Below are positions 27,565 through 35,357 of a stretch of DNA of 64,000 nucleotides, piece after piece. The notes below the pieces were generated by a model. The model saw only the letters and a list, made by a program, of their open reading frames with translations. It was not told the origin of the DNA and searched no databases. Position 1 is the first letter of the stretch. Every line of letters starts with the position of its first letter. Source of the stretch: a virus; IMG/VR virus record IMGVR_UViG_3300027797_000013, positions 1-64,000 of that record; one strand, given 5' to 3'. The position numbers and the translations under genes were made by a program.

Positions 27565-29382
27565 TTAGAAGAAATTTGTTCTGTTACCTTTAAAAATAAA
27601 ATTACTCATCATGTGAGTATTCATCGCAATTGCTGAGAGACAAACTCTTTGATTTATAATAGAGGCACCAAATTCAACGAAAGGATATTCGGTAGTATGG
27701 TTAGAGCTATACTCTGAAGCAACTACTATAGTATTATTTGCAACTAAGTTAATTTCGCCGTAATATATGTCTCCAGTATATGAGTCTTCTACTTGTAAAA
27801 CATATTTAGAACTCTTCATCGCTGATAGAGGAAATGCGTCTAATAGATTATAATTCTGCAAACCAGTCTTATAGAAAAGAAAATTAGGTTTTAAGTTTAG
27901 CTCAAAATAGTCATTAACGCCAGACCCGTCACTATTGCCTAATATGTATGCGATGTTAACTGCTGAAAGAATAACGGTGCTACCAGGTGATAGTCCTAAA
28001 GTACTATTCCATTCATTAGCAACGAAAGAGTTTATACTATTTGACGTCGCTACTATGTTTTTGTCAAAGTTTTGAATTAGGTAGGAATAAAGAGCAGATA
28101 CTCTAGAATTAAGATCATCTATCTGTTCCTGTTCAGCTGAAACTACTGTTTGAAGGCTACTTACATCATACGCATTGTTCGCTATAAGCTCCTCAAGTGT
28201 ACCTTGAACATTATAGGTAGATGTAGTGTTAAAATAAGTTGTTTCGGGGCTGTATAAAGGTCTTACTTTAGTTGAGGACTCTTGAACATCAGAATATAGA
28301 CTAGATATAGAAAGAATTTCTGTGCTACCGTCGACAATTATCTCGTTAGCTGCTTCAAAAGAGTATGGTATATTAAACCAGTTAGTATTAACAGTTAAAT
28401 CAGTCGTGCCAGCAACACTCAATGCACCAGTGACCGTGCCACCTGTTTTCGGTAAGTAATCCTCATTACTTAATATTTGAGATAAAGTACTTAGAAAGAT
28501 ATCATTTATATCTCTACCTCCTGAAAGGATTCTACCATTGATATCGAGGCTACCATTCATAGTACCACCATTAGCGTACTGAACAGCAACTGAGCCGCCT
28601 CCACCGCCACCTGATGATAGTTCAATTAACCTCTTAAGTGACGATATCTCCGTTGTAAACTTACCAGCAATAGATTTCTCTAATTCTTTTTTAACAGCTT
28701 TAAGATCTATCTCTCTTACTGATCCGTTAGCCTCCTTAATAACAATATTAGGTACATCAGTCTTTAACTGCTCAATAGCACTTAGAATAGAATTCTCTCT
28801 CTCAATAATTAGATTGATACAGTCATCTCTAGTATTTTGATTAATATTATTATTACTCTCTGTTACTGATTTAATTCTATTATCTACTATCTTCTCTAAT
28901 CTATCTGTTAACTGCTTACTCGCTTCTTCTAGATTTTTCTGTTCTAGGCTCTTAGTGCTCTCCCTATCAAATCTCTTAGCTTTCTGTATATCTTCGAGTA
29001 ATGATTCCTTATTTCGAAAGACTATTTCATTGAAGTCATCAGAATCAATATCTTCCAATGCAAGTAAGTCATCGACTATATTCTCTATATTCTCCTTATG
29101 TACTACATCCTGTATAAAAGAAGCATTAGCCTTATTAAAGAATGCACTAAATACACCCTGCTGTAGTACAAAGGGCGCGGTATACTCCTTACCCTCTATA
29201 ACTAAAGGTATACTAAGGACTGGTGAGCCTTTATACTCATCAATCTTTTCTGCAATGTATTTACTACCGTTTAGTTCAAGCTCATAGATATCAAAATATA
29301 TCTCTTGATACTCAGGTACTGTTAAAATATTAATATTATGAGTTGTATTTTTTACCCTAATATTCTCATTAAACATTAACAT
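27565..29382 (-). CDS. virion structural protein (coiled coil, poly-Gly linker, beta-sandwich)
   Basis: Acidic coiled coil, SSGGGGGGSV linker, YLPKTGGTVTG fibre motif, C-terminal SSKYVLQV domain similar to that of 25253. Confidence 0.65.
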   Translation of the reverse strand: MLMFNENIRVKNTTHNINILTVPEYQEIYFDIYELELNGSKYIAEKIDEYKGSPVLSIPLVIEGKEYTAPFVLQQGVFSAFFNKANASFIQDVVHKENIENIVDDLLALEDIDSDDFNEIVFRNKESLLEDIQKAKRFDRESTKSLEQKNLEEASKQLTDRLEKIVDNRIKSVTESNNNINQNTRDDCINLIIERENSILSAIEQLKTDVPNIVIKEANGSVREIDLKAVKKELEKSIAGKFTTEISSLKRLIELSSGGGGGGSVAVQYANGGTMNGSLDINGRILSGGRDINDIFLSTLSQILSNEDYLPKTGGTVTGALSVAGTTDLTVNTNWFNIPYSFEAANEIIVDGSTEILSISSLYSDVQESSTKVRPLYSPETTYFNTTSTYNVQGTLEELIANNAYDVSSLQTVVSAEQEQIDDLNSRVSALYSYLIQNFDKNIVATSNSINSFVANEWNSTLGLSPGSTVILSAVNIAYILGNSDGSGVNDYFELNLKPNFLFYKTGLQNYNLLDAFPLSAMKSSKYVLQVEDSYTGDIYYGEINLVANNTIVVASEYSSNHTTEYPFVEFGASIINQRVCLSAIAMNTHMMSNFIFKGNRTNFF

Positions 29383-29422
29383 ACACGTATTTAAGGTAGA
29401 CCTGACGTATTACTAGTCGGTA

Positions 29423-29746
29423 TTAACGTTGAGGGTTAAGACTATAATATTGTGTTCTAAAGTAGAGGGTTCCAGCTCCAGATGCAGTCTTTGCACTTAC
29501 CTGTCCTGAATTAGTTATACCTCTTATAGTTGTACTCTCGTTTGATTCTAGAAGAAGACGATTAGAATCAGCAGCGTATGATGAATCGTAGATATAAACA
29601 GAATTACCAGTCTTGTTTATAATAATAACTTCGGAACAAGGATAAGCGCTTAGAGCTACTAATGCGGTGGTAACAGGTTGATTGAAAGATCTACAATCGT
29701 TAATGTTATAGAAGGTAGAACCGTTGTTGGTTGAAGATATCGCCAT
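29423..29746 (-). CDS. small putative virion protein
   Basis: TATAAATA-N5-ATG late promoter; beta-rich 107 aa; first gene of the fibre cluster. Confidence 0.55.
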   Translation of the reverse strand: MAISSTNNGSTFYNINDCRSFNQPVTTALVALSAYPCSEVIIINKTGNSVYIYDSSYAADSNRLLLESNESTTIRGITNSGQVSAKTASGAGTLYFRTQYYSLNPQR

Positions 29747-29768
29747 ATATTTATTTATAACAGAACAT

Positions 29769-29795
29769 AAAAAACCTCTACTATAGTAGAGGTTT
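29769..29795 (-). terminator. rho-independent terminator after queF
   Basis: aaaaaacctctac-tata-gtagaggttt. Confidence 0.75.
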
Positions 29796-29815
29796 ATAAA
29801 AATTTTAAATATTTA

Positions 29816-30802
29816 CTATTGACGAGGTAACTTAGAGTGTAGAAACTCAGCATCGCTTAACTGCTTATGCTTAAGACTCTTATCTGAAATACGTTCAGGA
29901 TTAATATCCCAAGAACCACGACGAGCATATAAACACTTAACTGATAGCGATTGCGGAGATAGAAAGTCCCATAGACGTTTATAGATAGCCTCGCAAATCT
30001 CTTCATGGAAGTGACACTCATCGCGGAATGATACAATATACTTTAGTAGCGAAAGAGGAGTAACAGTCTTAGCACCTACATAAGAGATGAATACATCTCC
30101 AGTATCGGGCTGAGAAGTTACACGACAACGTGACCTTAGTAGTGCGCTATGATAATGAAACGTTTGAAAGTCTGCACTAGTAAACATATCATTAGGAGGT
30201 AAATCACCACTAGAGTCTAATACCTGCAATAGTTCAGGAGTCTCAGTATAGGTATCAAACTCATCCTTAACACCTACAAATGTATCTTCTAGTGTAACAT
30301 ATGTATTCCAGGCAAGAGAGTCAGAAGTCTCAAGGTTCCATAAATCACCAGCTGTCTCATAGTCTAATTCTACAGCCTCGCGATTACTATAAATAAACAC
30401 CCTTACCTCAGCCTCAACCAAAGCAGATAGATCTTTCGATGCACGAGCTTCAATCTCTCTTAGTACTTCAGAAGAGGTAGTGCCTAGCTTAGTCATGCTA
30501 AACGAGTTAAAGTATAGCTTAACTGACTTAGACTCTACAATATACTTACTTGAACAAGGATAAACAAACTTACAAATACCAACAGCAGGTAGACCACTAT
30601 AGGTAAGACCAGTAACTTCATATCCATTCCATGTATCAGTACCTACGAATGGTAAGTTATCATCTGAAATATCTAAATGAGTACGATTCGATTGACGAGG
30701 TTCACGAACCAAAAGAGTAGGATCATACTCTGCAGCATAAGCTGAAGATTGACCGAGATGCTTACTGATATTTGAATTATCGAGTTCTACTTTAGTTTTC
30801 AT
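29816..30802 (-). CDS. queF: NADPH-dependent 7-cyano-7-deazaguanine reductase QueF (bimodular type)
   Basis: YDPTLL..PR, GTDTWNGYE, IVESKSVKLYFNSF (QueF motif), LLRSRCRVTSQPDTGDV (catalytic Cys), FHEEICE, YARRG..DINP. Confidence 0.95.
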   Translation of the reverse strand: MKTKVELDNSNISKHLGQSSAYAAEYDPTLLVREPRQSNRTHLDISDDNLPFVGTDTWNGYEVTGLTYSGLPAVGICKFVYPCSSKYIVESKSVKLYFNSFSMTKLGTTSSEVLREIEARASKDLSALVEAEVRVFIYSNREAVELDYETAGDLWNLETSDSLAWNTYVTLEDTFVGVKDEFDTYTETPELLQVLDSSGDLPPNDMFTSADFQTFHYHSALLRSRCRVTSQPDTGDVFISYVGAKTVTPLSLLKYIVSFRDECHFHEEICEAIYKRLWDFLSPQSLSVKCLYARRGSWDINPERISDKSLKHKQLSDAEFLHSKLPRQ

Positions 30803-30822
30803 TATTGATTTATTATAAATTA

Positions 30823-31389
30823 TTAAATACTGATATCAAGTCCTTTTAGCTTAAGAGTCTCTTTAATAGTTTGAAGACGCTCTCTAACAGAGCCCTTTAA
30901 CACTATCACATTACTATACTCATGAGTACTAAAGTGCTCATCAAAGAGTTTAATAATACCATTTCTAAAGTCTACATCAATACTACGCTCACCATCATCA
31001 TCAAGCAATACACCCTCAGGTGAAGTTACAAATATAACATCATACTTACTAACAGTAAGCTCATGCATAGTCTGCGCAAAGCTATAAGCACTCATATCTA
31101 ATCCATTCTCGCACAACCAATGAGTATAGATAAGACCATCAATAGAGCATCTATCTAATATAACATTGATAGATTGATTATTATTAACATTGTAAGCATT
31201 AGCAACATGCTGAGTCATAATCATCATCTGCGTAAGTATACTACCTTGCTCATTAATAGGTAGAGCATATTTACGTTTGATATATCTAGTAACCTCAGGA
31301 ATAAACTTGAAATCAGGATTCCTATCTGATAGATAATTTAGCAAAGTAGTCTTACCAGTACTTTGAGCCCCACAAAAAGTAATAATCAT
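30823..31389 (-). CDS. P-loop nucleotide kinase-like protein (AAA_28/NadR-Ttd14-type)
   Basis: GAQSTGKTT Walker A, PEVTR, ILDRCSIDG, DDGER. Confidence 0.8.
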   Translation of the reverse strand: MIITFCGAQSTGKTTLLNYLSDRNPDFKFIPEVTRYIKRKYALPINEQGSILTQMMIMTQHVANAYNVNNNQSINVILDRCSIDGLIYTHWLCENGLDMSAYSFAQTMHELTVSKYDVIFVTSPEGVLLDDDGERSIDVDFRNGIIKLFDEHFSTHEYSNVIVLKGSVRERLQTIKETLKLKGLDISI

Positions 31390-31392
31390 ATA

Positions 31393-31956
31393 TTAGTATA
31401 ACTTGTTAAATGCTTTAATCCACGCCTCATGTGACGTCTTTTTAACTCTTGCTCTCATGTCATCCAATGACTTACAAAAGATAGCAGGGATGTAATCTGA
31501 ACTAAGGATAGTGCCTGAATCAACCTCAGGCACTACCTTATGTACTACACTACCAACAAAGTGATATGTATCGATCTTCTCCCAAGCTCTTTCAACTGGA
31601 TCTTTACCCTTCAGTTCAGGAAAGAAAGTAATCATACCAGGATGTCCGTTATAGATAGTATATTCATTGCAGATCTCCTCTGGTATAATGTTAAGCCATC
31701 CATGAAGAGTTACTAGAGTATTTTTAGGTTCACCTAGCATCTCTCGCAAGACATTCACATCTTTACGAGATTTTTTTGGTACAATACTCACACTAGATAC
31801 ATCCCATAGCTCAGGATGCCAAGTACTAGGATCATTGTTATCAGTAATAATAGCAGTAGGTGACCTACCTAGATGCTTACTAAGATTAACAATTTCGCTT
31901 CCTGTCTGGGAGAACATCGCGATCCAATTATCATCGCTGCTAAATTTGTCAGTCAT
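31393..31956 (-). CDS. PurN-like formyltransferase (candidate DpdN, dPreQ1 formyltransferase)
   Basis: AMFSQTGS, LHGWLNII, YNGHPG, VVHKVVPEVDSG (N-H-D catalytic pattern of formyl-THF transferases). Lies between the TGT-like gene and queF. Confidence 0.8.
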   Translation of the reverse strand: MTDKFSSDDNWIAMFSQTGSEIVNLSKHLGRSPTAIITDNNDPSTWHPELWDVSSVSIVPKKSRKDVNVLREMLGEPKNTLVTLHGWLNIIPEEICNEYTIYNGHPGMITFFPELKGKDPVERAWEKIDTYHFVGSVVHKVVPEVDSGTILSSDYIPAIFCKSLDDMRARVKKTSHEAWIKAFNKLY

Positions 31957-31961
31957 AGATA

Positions 31962-32762
31962 TTAATTATTACAGAGTTTATTGAACTGAGTAATATTAAA
32001 AATAATATCTTCAAGCTGATCTTCATTGACTTCTGAATCGATAAGATCAGCTAAGAGCTCTTTAGGTTTAAAGGTCATTCCAATCTCTTGCAAGTACCTA
32101 ATACCCTTAAGACCAGCGACAACTGGATTTGAAGTATCTACACTACGAATACTATAATCACCCTTATACGCTCTCATCTCAATAGGTAATGAGCATCCTA
32201 GAAGATGGTGAGGCTTATTATAGTTCCAGTGACCATCACTCTTAAGCATATTAATTAGCTTAGTCCTCCCTTGTGCCATTCGAGTTAGCATTGCTCTCTG
32301 ATCTGTACTATCAGTATAAACAATTTTCTGGTACCAGGAGAAGTCAAACGAGATAGCAATATAGTCCGCATTCTCAGACATAAACTTATAACACTCTACG
32401 ATATCTTGATAGCTCTTACCTTGAACAGCACCAATCCAAAGACCTGGTAAGTCAGGATACAAATATTTAAAGCCTTTATACGAATCAATAGTAGCTCTCG
32501 AATCCTCAAGTACATCAGGTACAATAAAGCTAGTAGGTTTTAGCTCATCAATATAGTCTGCATATTTACCAGCATCAAAAGCAGTCTTGAGCTCAAAGAT
32601 AGAGTTATCAAGCATTACTTCATTACCCATTTGAAGACTCCTCTTGAAGAAGTTAAAGTACTCTGGGCTCTTATCAAACAAGTGAACCAAAGCGTATTGA
32701 TAATCGGTATGGTACGATACCTCATCTAGGATCGCAATAGGTGCTTCATGAGCTATTAACAT
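31962..32762 (-). CDS. dpdA: TGT-fold 7-deazaguanine DNA transglycosylase-like protein (DpdA, possibly DpdA3)
   Basis: VMLDNSIFE, IVPDV, IGAVQG, HHLLG and SVDTS match the TGT TIM-barrel motif series; in an operon with queF. Confidence 0.75.
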   Translation of the reverse strand: MLIAHEAPIAILDEVSYHTDYQYALVHLFDKSPEYFNFFKRSLQMGNEVMLDNSIFELKTAFDAGKYADYIDELKPTSFIVPDVLEDSRATIDSYKGFKYLYPDLPGLWIGAVQGKSYQDIVECYKFMSENADYIAISFDFSWYQKIVYTDSTDQRAMLTRMAQGRTKLINMLKSDGHWNYNKPHHLLGCSLPIEMRAYKGDYSIRSVDTSNPVVAGLKGIRYLQEIGMTFKPKELLADLIDSEVNEDQLEDIIFNITQFNKLCNN

Positions 32763-32812
32763 ATTATAATTATATAGTAGTTCATTTCAAACACCAGTAT
32801 TAAATATGGTAT

Positions 32813-33397
32813 ATGGATACAATTACTACAAGCGTAGGAGGTCTAATAAGTTCTGTAAACGATAAAGTTGATACTATTACGTCTGTCGCTAATGGCATTT
32901 TGTGTTTACCGTATATACTTACTGATGGGATAGGTGGTTTAATAAACACTGCTATTAATACGCTAGCTTCTACTCTTAAAAGTATCGCTGCTGGTCTTCA
33001 AGGTCTAATTAATTCAGTAGTAAAGTCTGTGATTGGCAAGATAGTAGGAGCTATAAAGAAATTGTTAGGTAAAATACTATCAGTTTTTGATATAATAAAG
33101 TCTTTAATTAATAAAGTAAAGTCTTTAGTTAATAAAATTAAAAGCGCTATATTTGAAAGAGAAAATTGTAAATTTGTTGCAGCTTCACTCTTTAAGTGTA
33201 TATTAAGTGAAGCAGCTAACAGCATTACAAAGAAAGAAACCGCTATTCCTGATATTACCTCGCTCATCGATTCTAAAACTCAATCTATAGCTGACAAAAT
33301 TACACAGCCTGGTGAATTAATTGATCGATATGTAGATAAAGCATCTAATATGGCATCACGAGCTACTACTGCGGTTAATTCTTTATCTTTATTTTAA
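32813..33397 (+). CDS. hypothetical helical protein (baseplate-associated?)
   Basis: TAAATA-N6-ATG; directly upstream of the gp5-like genes; amphipathic helices. Confidence 0.5.
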   Translation: MDTITTSVGGLISSVNDKVDTITSVANGILCLPYILTDGIGGLINTAINTLASTLKSIAAGLQGLINSVVKSVIGKIVGAIKKLLGKILSVFDIIKSLINKVKSLVNKIKSAIFERENCKFVAASLFKCILSEAANSITKKETAIPDITSLIDSKTQSIADKITQPGELIDRYVDKASNMASRATTAVNSLSLF

Positions 33398-34072
33398 ATG
33401 AGTAAGTTACACGGTCTTTATAAAGGTGTTGTTGTTTTTGACAGTGATGTAGCTGACACAACGAACACATCTGGCGCAGCAGGTAGAGTTAAGGTTAAGG
33501 TTGAAGGTGTAAGTTATTCATCTAATAAATCTGAATCATATAGATTTCCTAGAGGTAGAAACGTTACTGGTGGTATACTACCTGAAAACATTGAATATCT
33601 TAATAGCTTTGAAACTTGGGCATATGTAAGCTCACCTGTTATGGGTGAAAGTTCTATGGGTAAATATAATGCATCGCGTGATGCAGCTAGTATATCAGAC
33701 TCATCGGACATATCCTTATTTGGTATTAACGGTAGCAATGGAACCCCACCTGCAGTACAGTTTAATCTTCATTCTGTATCTGATGCTTATGTAGCAGGTC
33801 CTGAAGCTTTAGGTACAACCGGTACTAATACATATGGTTACGGCTATTATTGTGATAATAGATCAAATTGTAGTAAAGGAGTATTTGCCATCCCTACTGT
33901 TGGAACACATGTTGTAGTACAATTCCTAAACGGCAGCAAAAACTTTCCTATCATAACTGGAGTTATAAATTCAACTGAAGATATAAAGACAATATTTGGA
34001 GCTGAGGGCAATGCTGGTCCTGGCTACCCTAACGCGTTCAGTAAGACAGTACAAACAATACCACAAGTTTAA
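33398..34072 (+). CDS. baseplate hub spike, gp5/VgrG N-terminal OB-fold part
   Basis: YKGVVV...GRVKVKV...WAYVSSP...FAIPTVGTHVVVQFLNG...PIITG. Confidence 0.8.
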   Translation: MSKLHGLYKGVVVFDSDVADTTNTSGAAGRVKVKVEGVSYSSNKSESYRFPRGRNVTGGILPENIEYLNSFETWAYVSSPVMGESSMGKYNASRDAASISDSSDISLFGINGSNGTPPAVQFNLHSVSDAYVAGPEALGTTGTNTYGYGYYCDNRSNCSKGVFAIPTVGTHVVVQFLNGSKNFPIITGVINSTEDIKTIFGAEGNAGPGYPNAFSKTVQTIPQV

Positions 34073-34074
34073 TT

Positions 34075-35298
34075 ATGGCAGGACCTAATGAAATAAATAC
34101 ATATCGAAATGAAGTAGTTTGGAACCATACAGCTGGAGCTATGGTATTTAACAATACTACTGGTCAAGAGACTGTTAGTATGGCTCATAGAGGCGGTGCT
34201 AGCTTGGTATTCGGCAATCAGACCTCATCTGAATTTCATCCTAACAATAAGCAATCGATCGTTCAAGGAGATAGATATAGCACCGTTAAAGGTGATAGAT
34301 ATGATATGACATATTATGATCGTGAAGACAGAGTATTAGGAGATTTAAAAATTATAACTGGATCACCAGCATTTATATATGGACCAGTTGCATCGATGTA
34401 TATCGAGAAGCAATCTGAGATAGCTGCTGCGCAGTGCTCACCTGAAGACGGTACAATGGGTATAGGTAATAATACAGGGGCAGAGATTGCACCAGGAGCT
34501 GATGTTGAATCTGTGATGTTAAAGAAAGAGAAAGAGTTGATAGAGGTAGCTCAGAATATGGGAGAAGGAGGTACCATACATCTTAATTCCTGCAAACATA
34601 TCAGTATTATAGCAGGTACAACATGCGCTAATTTTGATTCAGGTATAATAAAACCAGAAGGTAGAGTTGTAAGTAAGAGATATACCTACACTGGATTAGG
34701 ATCGTCACCTCAACTAGGTACTCCAGCACCTCCTACTACAGCTCCTATACAGCCAATACCTGTAGGTGTGAGTACGCTTGGTTCAATTAATTTAGAGTTA
34801 ACTCCTATACCTCACTATGAAGATGTTAATACTGCATCAACTATACCCTTTGGTGACATTACTTTAAACGCATCTACAAAGATAAACATGCAAGCTGGCG
34901 CTGGAGGCATAGACATTAAGTCAGCAGGGTCAATGAGATTTGGAGGCTCCGGTATGACTACTATAGGAGGCGCTCAGATCAATATAGGTGCAGGAAGCTC
35001 AGGGTCAGGTAAAGTTAAAGAAGAGCTGGGATGTGTTTATATATTCTCTAAGTATGCACAGATAAAAGGAGAGACTGGTGTTGGTATAAAGGCACCTGCG
35101 ACCATGATAGAATCAGAAGACGTTACTATAACTGGCAATACAATCATTAATGGCGACTTGGTTATAGGTAAAAATCTAATAGTAACTGGAAAAATTACTG
35201 CAGGTGAAGATGTAGTTGCAGGAGGTGTTTCACTGCGATATCATACTCATATAGTAGCAGGGACACTCGCACTAGCTCCTACACCAACATCTTTTTAA
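34075..35298 (+). CDS. baseplate spike C-terminal beta-helix part with HxH apex
   Basis: NNTTGQETVSMAHRGG, VQGDRYSTVKGD repeats, ITGNTIINGDLVIG, GVSLRYHTH. Confidence 0.75.
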   Translation: MAGPNEINTYRNEVVWNHTAGAMVFNNTTGQETVSMAHRGGASLVFGNQTSSEFHPNNKQSIVQGDRYSTVKGDRYDMTYYDREDRVLGDLKIITGSPAFIYGPVASMYIEKQSEIAAAQCSPEDGTMGIGNNTGAEIAPGADVESVMLKKEKELIEVAQNMGEGGTIHLNSCKHISIIAGTTCANFDSGIIKPEGRVVSKRYTYTGLGSSPQLGTPAPPTTAPIQPIPVGVSTLGSINLELTPIPHYEDVNTASTIPFGDITLNASTKINMQAGAGGIDIKSAGSMRFGGSGMTTIGGAQINIGAGSSGSGKVKEELGCVYIFSKYAQIKGETGVGIKAPATMIESEDVTITGNTIINGDLVIGKNLIVTGKITAGEDVVAGGVSLRYHTHIVAGTLALAPTPTSF

Positions 35299-35357
35299 GA
35301 TAGAAATAGTCTTTATATTACAAGCTAAGAACTAACTTGCTTAAGTAAAGATATCAC

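Noticed and set aside
18127-29287. Plus-strand ORFs opposite the fibre genes (e.g. 18498, 23010, 26199, 26604, 28955) and similar short antisense ORFs elsewhere
   Set aside because: They are shadow ORFs fully overlapping well-supported genes on the other strand and have no recognisable motifs.
31393-31956. Ordinary purN auxiliary metabolic gene
   Set aside because: It diverges from canonical PurN (NGHPG rather than NIHPS) and sits between a TGT-like gene and queF, which fits base modification better.
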